A DNA stretch of 64,000 bases from Escherichia coli 042 (GTDB lineage: Bacteria > Pseudomonadota > Gammaproteobacteria > Enterobacterales > Enterobacteriaceae), in the NCBI RefSeq assembly GCF_000027125.1, contig NC_017626.1, one strand, 5' to 3'. Each line of letters begins with the position of its first letter. Within the stretch, counting starts at the first letter, position 1. Below the pieces are notes generated by a model. The model was not told the origin of the DNA. It made no database searches and worked only from the letters and a program-made list of their open reading frames with translations. Of this stretch, positions 51,263 to 64,000 are shown piece after piece. Made by a program: the position numbers and the translations under genes.

Positions 51263-51912
51263 TACTGCGATTGCGTTCCTAAAGTTTGAATTCCTGGCAC
51301 CTGTACAGCGGCTTGCTGAGTTTGCGCCTGCTCAAACTGAAGCTGTTCAGAGTGGAGTCGGCGTTGCAGTTCGTAATCCTGCAACATTGCATTAATGCGA
51401 CGACGCTGCTCCTGTACCTGCTGCTGTTGACCATTATTTGCGGTCGCTTCAGAAGGTACTCCCAAGCTAACCGGGCTGGCTTTACCCATCATCGGCAGTG
51501 TATTAAATACCGGCGTTTCGGGCTGCTGGGACGTTTCAGATTGTCCATTATAGTGCTGGACCCCAACGATAACTGCAAGCGATACGCATGCTGCTACGCC
51601 CATTTGGGTAAGCTGTGCCGCCCACGGACGTACTTTCTGCCAGAATGGCATTTTCTGCCATTGATGCGGCGCAGGCTGGGCTTCCGGGATCAATGTCGCC
51701 GGTTGACGTACTGGCTCTTCTTCAATGGCGGCCATCACGCGTGAAGAGATATCGAAATGGAGCACCTCGGGAGTATCACCCCGCATTGAGTCACGGATTA
51801 AGTGATAGCTTTCCCAAGTTTTCTGCATTTCTGGGTTATGAGCCAGTTCGTTAAGCAGCTCACTATCCAGCGTTTCGCCATCCATTAAAGCGGAAAGTTG
51901 TTCTTTCTGCAT
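51262..51912 (-). CDS. rseA: Anti-sigma-E factor RseA
   Basis: ORF 51262..51948; the recognised RseA N-terminus MQKEQLSALMDGETLDSELL is internal (216 aa); single TM segment, Gln-rich C-terminus. Confidence 0.93.
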   Translation of the reverse strand: MQKEQLSALMDGETLDSELLNELAHNPEMQKTWESYHLIRDSMRGDTPEVLHFDISSRVMAAIEEEPVRQPATLIPEAQPAPHQWQKMPFWQKVRPWAAQLTQMGVAACVSLAVIVGVQHYNGQSETSQQPETPVFNTLPMMGKASPVSLGVPSEATANNGQQQQVQEQRRRINAMLQDYELQRRLHSEQLQFEQAQTQQAAVQVPGIQTLGTQSQ

Positions 51913-51944
51913 GCCTAATACCCTTATCCAGTATCCCGCTATCG

Positions 51945-52520
51945 TCAACGCCTGATAAGCGGTTGAACTTTGTTATCAATAGCTTCCCTCGCTCGGAAGA
52001 TACGTGAACGCACCGTACCTACCGGACAATCCATGATAGCGGCTATCTCTTCATAGCTCAGGCCATCCAGCTCCCGCAAGGTTATTGCCATGCGTAAATC
52101 TTCCGGGAGGGACTCAATAGTTCGGAAAACTATCTGTCTCAGTTCTTCTGACAACATTAAGTTCTCAGGGTTCGAAATTTCTTTCAACGCGCCGCCACTT
52201 TCGAAGTTTTCAGCTTCAATGGCATCCACATCACTGGAAGGTGGACGACGCCCCTGAGCAACCAGGTAATTTTTCGCTGTATTTACAGCAATCCGATACA
52301 GCCATGTATAAAAAGCGCTATCTCCCCGGAACGAATCCAGCGCACGATAGGCTTTAATAAAAGCTTCTTGTACCACATCGGGAACATCACCCGACGGCAC
52401 ATAGCGGGAAACCAGACTCGCCACTTTATGCTGATAGCGCACTACCAGTAAGTTAAAGGCTTTCTGATCTCCCTTCTGGACCCGTTCAACCAGGACCTGG
52501 TCCGTTAACTGCTCGCTCAT
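51945..52520 (-). CDS. rpoE: ECF sigma factor sigma-E (RpoE)
   Basis: ORF 51945..52553; the recognised RpoE N-terminus MSEQLTDQVLVERVQKGDQKAF is internal (191 aa); sigma-70 regions 2 and 4. Confidence 0.95.
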   Translation of the reverse strand: MSEQLTDQVLVERVQKGDQKAFNLLVVRYQHKVASLVSRYVPSGDVPDVVQEAFIKAYRALDSFRGDSAFYTWLYRIAVNTAKNYLVAQGRRPPSSDVDAIEAENFESGGALKEISNPENLMLSEELRQIVFRTIESLPEDLRMAITLRELDGLSYEEIAAIMDCPVGTVRSRIFRAREAIDNKVQPLIRR

Positions 52521-52918
52521 CCGAGGTAAAGTCTCCCCAAACCAAATTTCCACGCGCTATCGAAACGCCACTCCATTAGCTGCAATTTGAGCAAGCAAAG
52601 GGTTAGAGTGTCTCGTTTTTGTAAAGTTCCGTAACGCATCTGTTTTTGTTTGTCATGCTGTAGACGGATCATTATCTATCATTATAAGTCTACAGAATCT
52701 GAACATCGCATTATCTGTGTAGAAATGCCCATTTAACTGCCTGAAGAGTAACCCAACGGCCTTTTTATTTCACCACCTAATCCTCCACCAGCCAGTAACT
52801 TCTCTTTTTCTCGCCGCCCTGCGTCAGCGTGTTTAGCCACTGTAACAAATATTAAAATAGTAGGTGTTTAATCGCACAACATGATGCTATGCTGACCAAA
52901 CCGTGTTTAGTAAATTAA

Positions 52919-55272
<2,354 letters not shown>

Positions 55273-55403
55273 GAAAATAAAACCTTGCAGGAAAAACGGC
55301 GATAGCACCGGGTGAGAACAATACCCGAGAAGCGATATCCATACAAACAGATGAAGATTGCAGCCGTAACGTCTATAATCAGCGCCCCACACAGAGGTAG
55401 AAC

Positions 55404-56738
55404 ATGACTGTAACGACTTTTTCCGAACTTGAACTCGACGAAAGCCTGCTGGAAGCACTCCAGGATAAAGGTTTCACTCGCCCGACCGCCATTCAGGCTG
55501 CCGCCATTCCGCCTGCGCTCGATGGCCGTGATGTACTCGGTTCTGCGCCGACAGGCACCGGTAAAACGGCGGCGTATCTGCTGCCAGCGTTGCAGCACCT
55601 GCTCGATTTCCCACGTAAGAAATCCGGTCCGCCGCGTATTTTGATCCTCACCCCAACTCGCGAGCTGGCGATGCAGGTGGCCGATCATGCCCGCGAACTG
55701 GCGAAACATACGCATCTGGATATCGCCACCATCACCGGCGGCGTAGCCTATATGAACCACGCGGAAGTGTTCAGCGAAAATCAGGACATCGTGGTCGCCA
55801 CGACCGGACGTTTGCTGCAATACATAAAAGAAGAGAACTTCGATTGCCGCGCGGTTGAAACTCTTATCCTCGACGAAGCAGACCGTATGCTGGATATGGG
55901 CTTCGCTCAGGATATCGAACATATTGCTGGCGAAACGCGCTGGCGTAAACAGACCCTGCTCTTTTCCGCAACGCTGGAAGGCGATGCGATTCAGGACTTT
56001 GCCGAGCGTCTGCTGGAAGATCCGGTGGAAGTTTCTGCGAATCCCTCCACCCGTGAGCGCAAAAAGATCCATCAGTGGTATTACCGCGCCGATGATCTTG
56101 AGCATAAAACCGCGTTGCTGGTGCACCTGTTAAAACAGCCTGAAGCGACTCGCTCAATTGTGTTTGTGCGTAAGCGTGAGCGTGTGCATGAGCTGGCAAA
56201 CTGGCTGCGCGAGGCGGGCATCAACAACTGCTATCTCGAAGGTGAGATGGTACAAGGCAAGCGTAACGAAGCGATCAAGCGTTTGACCGAAGGCCGCGTA
56301 AACGTACTGGTTGCCACCGATGTTGCTGCACGCGGTATCGACATTCCTGATGTCAGCCACGTCTTTAACTTCGATATGCCGCGTAGTGGTGATACTTATT
56401 TGCACCGTATCGGACGTACCGCGCGCGCCGGTCGTAAAGGCACCGCAATTTCGCTAGTGGAAGCCCATGACCATCTGCTGCTAGGCAAAGTTGGCCGTTA
56501 TATTGAAGAGCCAATTAAAGCTCGCGTAATTGATGAGTTACGCCCGAAAACGCGTGCACCAAGCGAGAAGCAGACCGGCAAGCCATCGAAGAAAGTGCTG
56601 GCTAAACGCGCCGAGAAGAAAAAAGCTAAAGAGAAAGAGAAGCCGCGAGTGAAAAAACGCCATCGCGATACCAAAAATATTGGTAAGCGCCGTAAACCAA
56701 GCGGAACGGGCGTGCCACCGCAAACGACAGAAGAGTAA
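55404..56738 (+). CDS. srmB: ATP-dependent DEAD-box RNA helicase SrmB
   Basis: 444 aa with Q-motif, Walker [13 protein letters not shown] box, SAT and HRIGRTAR motifs; basic C-terminal tail. Confidence 0.95.
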   Translation: MTVTTFSELELDESLLEALQDKGFTRPTAIQAAAIPPALDGRDVLGSAPTGTGKTAAYLLPALQHLLDFPRKKSGPPRILILTPTRELAMQVADHARELAKHTHLDIATITGGVAYMNHAEVFSENQDIVVATTGRLLQYIKEENFDCRAVETLILDEADRMLDMGFAQDIEHIAGETRWRKQTLLFSATLEGDAIQDFAERLLEDPVEVSANPSTRERKKIHQWYYRADDLEHKTALLVHLLKQPEATRSIVFVRKRERVHELANWLREAGINNCYLEGEMVQGKRNEAIKRLTEGRVNVLVATDVAARGIDIPDVSHVFNFDMPRSGDTYLHRIGRTARAGRKGTAISLVEAHDHLLLGKVGRYIEEPIKARVIDELRPKTRAPSEKQTGKPSKKVLAKRAEKKKAKEKEKPRVKKRHRDTKNIGKRRKPSGTGVPPQTTEE

Positions 56739-56790
56739 TCTTAATTCCGGGTTTAAGCCCGGAATTAAAAGTGCTGGCAAACGCAAAACT

Positions 56791-56874
56791 GCCTGATGCG
56801 CTACGCTTATCAGGCCTACATGGCTCATGCAATATATTGAATTTGCACGATCTTGTAGGCCGGATAAGGCGTTC
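56791..56874. repeat. BIME whose second REP unit is split by the IS insertion
   Basis: GCCTGATGCGCTACGCTTATCAGGCCTACA ... ATATTGAATTTGCA ... TGTAGGCCGGATAAGGCGTTC; the remaining half of the REP (ACGCCGCATCCGGCATGAAC) resumes at 58311 after the IS. Confidence 0.8.
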
Positions 56875-57404
56875 TGAACTGCACCCCAAATGTTGGACAT
56901 AATCTGACATCTGAAGGTGCAGTTTATGAAACATTCATTTGAAGTAAAACTTGCCGCTGTAAATCATTACCTGGCTGGTCATGCAGGCATCATTTCTACG
57001 GCAAAACTCTTTCAACTTTCTCACACCAGCCTCTCACACTGGATTAATCTTTTTCTTCTTCACGGTCCTCGGGCACTGGATTGCAGACACAAGCGTAGCT
57101 ATTCTCCTGAAGATAAACTTTGCGTGGTTCTTTATGCTCTCGGGCATTCTGAGTCTCTACCCCGGGTAGCTGCCCGGTTTAACATTCCCAGCCACAACAC
57201 GGTTAAAAACTGGATAAAAGGCTACCGCAAATCTGGTAATGAGGCCTTTATCAGGCGCAGGAAGGAGAAAAGCATGACCCGTTCTGATGATACCCATGAA
57301 AACGAGGCAAACATGACGCCGGAAGAGATGAAGAATGAGCTGCGTTATCTTCGCGCAGAAAATGCATATCTGAAAGCCATGCAGGAGCATCTCCTGGAAA
57401 AAAA

Positions 57405-58306
<902 letters not shown>

Positions 58307-58356
58307 GTTCACGCCGCATCCGGCATGAACAAAACGCACTTCGTCGACAAGTTGGG

Positions 58357-58386
58357 TGCCGGGTTTAAGCCCGGCATTATTTTTAT
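58357..58386 (+). terminator. Hairpin plus T-tract (rho-independent terminator-like) downstream of the IS/BIME
   Basis: TGCCGGGTTTAAGCCCGGCA followed by TTATTTTTATC; shares the 16-nt core CCGGGTTTAAGCCCGG with the hairpin just after srmB (56743-56766). Confidence 0.55.
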
Positions 58387-59264
58387 CCCGGCAAAAAACA
58401 CTCTTCAACACACTGAATAAAAGTGTGCATCGCCGGGCTAACCGCTTTTCCAGCATGGTGTGCGCACATGGCCGTAATGGTCTGCGACTGTTCGCCAAAA
58501 GGCAATTCAATTAATTCTCCGCTCTCAAGCTCTTTTTCCACCGCAAAGCGGGGCAAGTAACTGACCCCGATATTCGCCGCGACACAACGCTTGATGCTTT
58601 CGATACTTATAAGCTCAATGGTGTTTTCCACCGTGATCCGCCGCTGTCGCAGCGTGCTCTCAAATATCTGCCGGAAGACACATTGCGGTTCGTTGATAAT
58701 AAAGCTACAGGCGTTATGTCTTCCCGGCTCAGTAAAATCGACATCTGCAATTTGTGGTGAAGCCACCAGCACCAGCGATTGTTCACCCAACTCCCGTCGG
58801 TTCAAAGCATCATCATTTCCTACGCGATAAAAGACGCCAACATCGGCCTCATCATTCAGTAGTGCATCACGGATCACGTAACAGTTCAGCGACTGCAACG
58901 ATAAACGCACTTTTGGTGCGCGTTGCCGAAAACGCTGCAACACCTCCGGCATTCGGTAAGAGAGCAACGTTTCGCCCGAAACAACGCGTAGTTCCCCGTC
59001 CGGATCCGACTCTTTTTTGGCAGCCTCACGAAGCGTATCCATCACTCGGGTAAGTTCATAGATGTGCGGCAGCAGCTTTTTTCCTTCGCGAGTGAGGCAC
59101 ATCCGTCGACCAATTTTCTCAAACAACTGTACCGAGAACTCCTGTTCAAGCTGCTGAATATGAAAAGTCACCGTCGATTGTGTACAGCACAATTTTTGCG
59201 AAGCTCGCAAAAAGGAACCCTCTTCCACCACGGTTTTAAGCGTAATAAAACGGCGCAGATCCAT
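58383..59264 (-). CDS. yfiE: LysR-family transcriptional regulator YfiE
   Basis: ORF 58383..59309; likely start MDLRRFITLKTVVEEGSFLRASQKL (LysR HTH); divergent from eamB. Confidence 0.85.
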   Translation of the reverse strand: MDLRRFITLKTVVEEGSFLRASQKLCCTQSTVTFHIQQLEQEFSVQLFEKIGRRMCLTREGKKLLPHIYELTRVMDTLREAAKKESDPDGELRVVSGETLLSYRMPEVLQRFRQRAPKVRLSLQSLNCYVIRDALLNDEADVGVFYRVGNDDALNRRELGEQSLVLVASPQIADVDFTEPGRHNACSFIINEPQCVFRQIFESTLRQRRITVENTIELISIESIKRCVAANIGVSYLPRFAVEKELESGELIELPFGEQSQTITAMCAHHAGKAVSPAMHTFIQCVEECFLPG

Positions 59265-59366
59265 AACTCCAAACCTATCAAAAATATCGAATTCAGAATG
59301 TAAAAACATTCATTTTTTTAAATGTTCCGTGTCGGGTACTGTCTACCAAAACAGAGGAGATAACAA

Positions 59367-59954
59367 GTGACACCGACCCTTTTAAGTGCTTTTTGGACTT
59401 ACACCCTGATTACCGCCATGACGCCAGGACCGAACAATATTCTCGCCCTTAGCTCAGCCACATCGCACGGATTTCGTCAGAGTACCCGCGTGCTGGCAGG
59501 GATGAGTCTGGGATTTTTAATCGTCATGTTGCTGTGTGCGGGAATTTCGTTTTCACTGGCTGTTATCGACCCGGCAGCAGTGCATCTGTTGAGTTGGGCA
59601 GGAGCGGCATACATTGTCTGGCTGGCGTGGAAAATCGCTACCAGTCCAACAAAGGAAGACGGACTTCAGGCAAAACCAATCAGCTTTTGGGCCAGCTTTG
59701 CTTTGCAGTTTGTGAACGTCAAAATCATTTTGTATGGCGTTACGGCACTGTCGACGTTTGTCCTGCCGCAAACGCAGGCGCTAAGCTGGGTAGTTGGCGT
59801 CAGCGTTTTGCTGGCGATGATTGGGACGTTTGGCAATGTGTGCTGGGCGCTGGCGGGGCATCTGTTTCAGCGATTGTTTCGCCAGTATGGTCGCCAGTTA
59901 AATATCGTGCTTGCCCTGTTGCTGGTCTATTGCGCGGTACGCATTTTCTATTAA
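59367..59954 (+). CDS. eamB: Cysteine/O-acetylserine exporter EamB (LysE/RhtB family)
   Basis: 195-aa hydrophobic ORF starting (GTG) TPTLLSAFWTYTLITAMTPGPNN, characteristic of the RhtB/LysE family. Confidence 0.88.
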   Translation: MTPTLLSAFWTYTLITAMTPGPNNILALSSATSHGFRQSTRVLAGMSLGFLIVMLLCAGISFSLAVIDPAAVHLLSWAGAAYIVWLAWKIATSPTKEDGLQAKPISFWASFALQFVNVKIILYGVTALSTFVLPQTQALSWVVGVSVLLAMIGTFGNVCWALAGHLFQRLFRQYGRQLNIVLALLLVYCAVRIFY

Positions 59955-59988
59955 CGAAAAAAAGCGGAAGAAGTCGCCCTCTTCCGCT
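59954..59988 (-). terminator. Rho-independent terminator of grcA
   Basis: On the reverse strand AAGCGGAAGAGGGCGACTTCTTCCGCTT is followed by TTTTTTT, 22 bp past the grcA stop. Confidence 0.75.
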
Positions 59989-60009
59989 TAGTAACTTGCT
60001 ACTTAAGCC

Positions 60010-60393
60010 TTACAGGCTTTCAGTAAAGGTACGAGCGATAACGTCGCGCTGCTGTTCCGGAGTCAGAGAGTTAAAGCGAACTGCATAACCGGATACACGG
60101 ATGGTCAGCTGCGGATATTTTTCCGGATGCTTAACTGCATCTTCCAGAGTTTCACGACGCAGAACGTTAACGTTCAGGTGTTGACCACCTTCAACGCGAA
60201 CTTCTGGTTTCACTTCTACTGGAACTTCACGGTACTCAATGTCACCCAGTTTGCTTACTGCAACCACTTCGTCTTCTGCAAAACCTGCTTTCGCAACGAT
60301 GCAACGCGCTTCGCCTTTTTCGCTGTCCAGCAGCCAGAAAGAGTTCAGCAGATCGTCATTAGCGGCTTTAGTAATCTGGATACCTGTAATCAT
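60010..60393 (-). CDS. grcA: Autonomous glycyl-radical cofactor GrcA (YfiD)
   Basis: ORF 60010..60489; the recognised GrcA N-terminus [22 protein letters not shown] is internal (127 aa); glycyl-radical motif RVSGYAV near the C-terminus. Confidence 0.93.
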
Positions 60394-60499
60394 GTGATGC
60401 CTCCCCGGCAAAATTATTGATTTGTTCAGCCTGTCGCGGCCAATTGGTAAAACCATTGTTGCTTGAGTGTATATATACTCCTCAATCACCCTTGATTCT

Positions 60500-60513
60500 T
60501 TGATTTAAATCAA
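60500..60513. promoter_or_regulatory. FNR/CRP-family binding site in the grcA promoter
   Basis: TTGATTTAAATCAA is a perfect TTGAT-N4-ATCAA palindrome about 110 bp upstream of the grcA start. Confidence 0.6.
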
Positions 60514-60696
60514 TAAAAAACACATATCGAGTGTGGTCACAAATGGGTTTTATTGTTTTACATCAACTTATGCAGGTGTGAAATTTTACCAATTTACATT
60601 TTTTTGCATGTCTTTTTGTCTATAAAATGAGCATGATTTTGTTCTGTAGAAAGAAGCAGTTAAGCTAGGCGGATTGAAGATTCGCAGGAGAGCGAG

Positions 60697-61386
60697 ATGG
60701 CTAACGAATTAACCTGGCATGATGTGCTGGCAGAAGAGAAGCAGCAACCCTATTTTCTTAATACCCTTCAGACCGTCGCCAGCGAGCGGCAGTCCGGCGT
60801 CACTATCTATCCACCACAAAAAGATGTCTTTAACGCCTTCCGCTTTACAGAGTTGGGTGACGTTAAAGTGGTGATCCTCGGTCAGGATCCTTATCACGGA
60901 CCGGGACAGGCGCATGGTCTGGCATTTTCCGTTCGCCCCGGCATTGCGACACCGCCGTCACTGCTGAATATGTATAAAGAGCTCGAAAATACTATTCCCG
61001 GCTTCACCCGCCCTAATCATGGTTATCTTGAAAGCTGGGCGCGTCAGGGCGTTCTGCTGCTCAATACCGTCTTGACGGTTCGCGCAGGTCAGGCGCATTC
61101 CCACGCCAGCCTCGGCTGGGAGACGTTTACAGATAAAGTCATCAGCCTGATTAACCAGCACCGCGAAGGTGTGGTGTTTTTGTTGTGGGGATCACATGCG
61201 CAAAAGAAAGGGGCGATTATAGATAAGCAACGCCATCATGTACTGAAAGCACCGCATCCGTCGCCGCTTTCTGCGCATCGTGGATTCTTTGGCTGTAACC
61301 ATTTTGTGCAGGCAAATCAGTGGCTGGAACAACGTGGCGAGACGCCGATTGACTGGATGCCAGTATTACCGGCAGAGAGTGAGTAA
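60697..61386 (+). CDS. ung: Uracil-DNA glycosylase
   Basis: 229-aa [23 protein letters not shown] with the GQDPYH catalytic motif and [13 protein letters not shown]. Confidence 0.97.
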   Translation: MANELTWHDVLAEEKQQPYFLNTLQTVASERQSGVTIYPPQKDVFNAFRFTELGDVKVVILGQDPYHGPGQAHGLAFSVRPGIATPPSLLNMYKELENTIPGFTRPNHGYLESWARQGVLLLNTVLTVRAGQAHSHASLGWETFTDKVISLINQHREGVVFLLWGSHAQKKGAIIDKQRHHVLKAPHPSPLSAHRGFFGCNHFVQANQWLEQRGETPIDWMPVLPAESE

Positions 61387-61433
61387 ATTTGCGGGAAAAC
61401 GCCGGATGGCAGAGTTACCACCCGGCTGATTTA

Positions 61434-62471
61434 TCAGGCTTTATTCTGACGCCACCATTCACCAAGTAAAACGCCGGTTGCGACAGAGATATTTAGCCCG
61501 GCAACGTTGCCAGTACCATCAATCTTCACGCGCAAATCGTTCGGATCGCGTGCGGCATCCGGTAACCCTTCATATTCCTGACCCAACACCAGCACCATTT
61601 TCGCTGGTAGACTGGTTTTGAACAGCGGTTTACCCTGCTCGCTGGAAGTGGTCACCACGGTGTAACCCGCCTGTCGGAAATCATCCAGCACGTTAACAAT
61701 GTTGTCGCCAGTAATCGGCTGAACGTGCTCTGCGCCGCCTTCTGCGGTACGGATAGCCGCACCCGATTCCAGCAGTGCCGCATCCTGCACCACAACGCCT
61801 TTCACGCCGAAGTGCGCACAGCTGCGCATCATGCCCCCCAGGTTATGCGGGTTAGATTCGTTTTCCAGGGCCAGTACACAATCCTGCGCGCCTGCCTGGC
61901 TTACCCACTGCTGCACGGTTGTACCGTTACGCTTTTTGATCAGGAAGCAAACGCCGCCGTGATGTTCCGTGCCTGACGCTTTTGTCAGTTCCGCTTCATC
62001 CACCACATGGTACGCTTTGCGGTTTGCCGCCATCCAGCGCAAGGCTTCTTTAAAACGCGGCGTTACACTCTGGATAAACCAGGCGCGAACAATCGCTTCC
62101 GGACGGCTCTGGAACAGTGCCTGACATGCATTTTCGCCGTAGACGCGGGTTTCTTCCGCACGCTGACGACGCAAAACTTCCGGATCAATAAAACTTTTAC
62201 CACTTATGCCACCGTGATCGGCCTTTTCCGGCGTCTCATCACCCGGCGCGCGGGAAACTGTACGCCAGGGCGACTCTTCCCACTTGCGGTCACGGGGCTG
62301 ACTTTGTTTGTCATCGCGGGCGGGGCGACGGCCACCGTCAGCACGAGATTTTCCTGGACGCCCGCCCCCTTTCCCGGTACGCGGGTTGTGGGTACGTTTA
62401 TCAGAATCATCATCACTGCGGACATACATCACTTTGACCTTGCCGCTTTTACCTTTCATTTCATCGTTCAT
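61434..62471 (-). CDS. yfiF: SpoU/TrmH-family RNA methyltransferase YfiF
   Basis: ORF 61434..62546; likely start [18 protein letters not shown] (345 aa); basic Arg/Gly/Lys-rich N-terminal tail and SPOUT C-terminal domain. Confidence 0.85.
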   Translation of the reverse strand: MNDEMKGKSGKVKVMYVRSDDDSDKRTHNPRTGKGGGRPGKSRADGGRRPARDDKQSQPRDRKWEESPWRTVSRAPGDETPEKADHGGISGKSFIDPEVLRRQRAEETRVYGENACQALFQSRPEAIVRAWFIQSVTPRFKEALRWMAANRKAYHVVDEAELTKASGTEHHGGVCFLIKKRNGTTVQQWVSQAGAQDCVLALENESNPHNLGGMMRSCAHFGVKGVVVQDAALLESGAAIRTAEGGAEHVQPITGDNIVNVLDDFRQAGYTVVTTSSEQGKPLFKTSLPAKMVLVLGQEYEGLPDAARDPNDLRVKIDGTGNVAGLNISVATGVLLGEWWRQNKA

Positions 62472-62677
62472 GCTTTTCTCCACCAGCGCTGCGCGAAGCG
62501 CGCAGATTACCCGAAGTGCGCGCGGTTCGCCATGATTTCGTACCAAAGCCTGCGACTATCATACCTATTGAATAAAACAGATTGTTGTCTGGAACAATGT
62601 CCCCGATAATATGTAACATATTAGAAACATACCGGCGTCGTTGCCGATAAGTCTCCTTACTCATCCCGAGGTTAGTT

Positions 62678-63097
62678 ATGAATACCGTTTGTACCCATTG
62701 TCAGGCCATCAATCGCATTCCCGACGATCGGATCGAAGATGCGGCAAAATGCGGACGCTGCGGTCACGACTTGTTTGACGGAGAGGTTATTAATGCGACC
62801 GGTGAAACGTTCGACAAATTGCTGAAAGATGATCTACCTGTGGTGATCGACTTCTGGGCACCGTGGTGCGGTCCCTGCCGTAATTTCGCACCAATTTTTG
62901 AAGATGTCGCGCAAGAGCGTAGCGGTAAAGTGCGCTTTGTGAAAGTGAATACCGAAGCTGAACGTGAATTAAGCAGCCGCTTTGGAATTCGTAGCATACC
63001 GACGATCATGATTTTCAAAAACGGTCAGGTTGTCGACATGCTTAATGGCGCAGTACCGAAAGCGCCGTTCGACAGCTGGCTGAACGAATCTCTTTAA
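62678..63097 (+). CDS. trxC: Thioredoxin 2 (zinc-finger N-terminal extension)
   Basis: 139 aa; N-terminal CxxC...CxxC zinc motif (CTHCQ, CGRCGH) and thioredoxin active site WCGPC. Confidence 0.95.
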   Translation: MNTVCTHCQAINRIPDDRIEDAAKCGRCGHDLFDGEVINATGETFDKLLKDDLPVVIDFWAPWCGPCRNFAPIFEDVAQERSGKVRFVKVNTEAERELSSRFGIRSIPTIMIFKNGQVVDMLNGAVPKAPFDSWLNESL

Positions 63098-63102
63098 TCT
63101 TA

Positions 63103-63128
63103 CCGGGGCGCATCTTGTGCCCCGTTTT
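63103..63128 (+). terminator. Rho-independent terminator of trxC
   Basis: CCGGGGCGCATCTTGTGCCCCG followed by TTTTCTCC, 6 bp after the trxC stop. Confidence 0.75.
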
Positions 63129-63165
63129 CTCCTCTGCGACAATGGCGTTTTTTCGACACTCTCTT

Positions 63166-63864
63166 ATGACCGAAAACGCTGTTCTCCAGTTACGCGCCGA
63201 GCGTATTGCGCGCGCAACACGTCCTTTTCTTGCCCGCGGAAATCGCGTTCGTCGCTGCCAACGCTGTCTTTTGCCAGAGAAATTATGTCTCTGTTCGACA
63301 ATTACCCCAGCACAAGCAAAAAGTCGCTTTTGTTTGCTGATGTTCGACACCGAGCCAATGAAGCCCAGTAATACCGGGCGTCTGATTGCTGATATTTTGC
63401 CTGATACCGTTGCGTTTCAATGGTCGCGTACCGAACCCTCGCAAGATTTGCTGGATCTGGTGCAAAACCCGGACTATCAACCAATGGTGGTCTTTCCCGC
63501 CTCGTATGCTGACGAGCAACGGGAAGTGATCTTCACACCACCTGCCGGTAAGCCACCGCTGTTTATCATGCTCGATGGCACCTGGCCAGAAGCTCGCAAG
63601 ATGTTTCGTAAAAGTCCGTATCTGGATAATCTTCCCGTCATTTCCGTCGATCTTTCCCGGCTTTCTGCCTATCGCCTGCGTGAAGCCCAGGCTGAAGGCC
63701 AATATTGTACTGCCGAAGTAGCCATCGCACTGTTAGATATGGCCGGCGATACCGGGGCGGCGGCAGGGTTAGGCGAGCATTTTACCCGCTTTAAAACACG
63801 CTATCTGGCAGGAAAAACGCAACATCTGGGTAGCATCACAGCAGAACAGTTAGAAAGCGTTTAA
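63166..63864 (+). CDS. yfiP: DTW-domain protein YfiP (tRNA-uridine aminocarboxypropyltransferase family)
   Basis: ORF 63115..63864; likely start MTENAVLQLRAERIARAT (232 aa), because the extended N-terminus would span the trxC terminator; DGTW motif present. Confidence 0.85.
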   Translation: MTENAVLQLRAERIARATRPFLARGNRVRRCQRCLLPEKLCLCSTITPAQAKSRFCLLMFDTEPMKPSNTGRLIADILPDTVAFQWSRTEPSQDLLDLVQNPDYQPMVVFPASYADEQREVIFTPPAGKPPLFIMLDGTWPEARKMFRKSPYLDNLPVISVDLSRLSAYRLREAQAEGQYCTAEVAIALLDMAGDTGAAAGLGEHFTRFKTRYLAGKTQHLGSITAEQLESV

Positions 63865-63895
63865 AATCATTCGGTCACTTCTGCGGGAGACCGGT

Positions 63896-64000
63896 ATGAG
63901 TCAGCGAGGACTGGAAGCACTACTGCGACCAAAATCGATTGCGGTAATTGGCGCATCGATGAAACCCAATCGCGCAGGTTACCTGATGATGCGTAACCTG
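63896..64000 (+). CDS. patZ: Protein lysine acetyltransferase PatZ (YfiQ/Pka), N-terminal fragment truncated by window edge
   Basis: ATG at 63896 followed by SQRGLEALLRPKSIAVIGASMKPNRAGYLMMRNL, a CoA-binding (NAD(P)-binding-like) N-terminus; the frame continues off the window. Confidence 0.8.
   Translation, partial: MSQRGLEALLRPKSIAVIGASMKPNRAGYLMMRNL

Noticed and set aside
56538-56934. Two minus-strand ORFs (120 aa and 102 aa) spanning the srmB 3' end, BIME and IS left end
   Set aside because: They cross the srmB terminator hairpin, the REP units and the IS inverted repeat; no ribosome-binding site or protein features; artefacts of the open frame through repeat sequence.

Overview
This window reads as ordinary enterobacterial (Escherichia coli-type) core chromosome, not an accessory island, and I found no credible undescribed system in it. 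Gene identities come from reading the supplied translations and recalling the protein families; no database search was run. Order, left to right: hscA (3' truncated by the window edge)-hscB-iscA-iscU-iscS-iscR, trmJ, suhB, yfhR, csiE, hcaT, hcaR, hcaEFCBD (3-phenylpropionate dioxygenase pathway), yphA, yphBCDEFG (poorly characterised sugar ABC-transporter cluster with a ~1090-aa TPR protein), yphH, glyA, hmp, glnB, glrR-qseG-glrK, the sRNA glmY, purL, mltF, tadA, pgpC, yfhH, yfhL, the type I toxin shoB, acpS-pdxJ-recO-era-rnc, lepB-lepA, rseC-rseB-rseA-rpoE, nadB, trmN, srmB, yfiE, eamB, grcA, ung, yfiF, trxC, yfiP and the start of patZ. The only clearly mobile content is a 1432-bp IS3-family insertion sequence (IS150 subgroup, possibly IS1397-like) sitting inside a REP palindrome between srmB and yfiE, with a 4-bp target duplication and a classic A_AAA_AAG -1 frameshift site. 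Features missed by the ORF track are the 26-codon shoB toxin gene, the glmY sRNA with its sigma-54 promoter and three TGTC-N10-GACA sites, and several REP/BIME repeats. Many ORF-track entries are N-terminally over-extended or are antisense shadow ORFs. No CRISPR array, integrase, tRNA/rRNA gene or prophage-like block was seen. The least understood content is the yph cluster and a 20-nt direct repeat pair around shoB.
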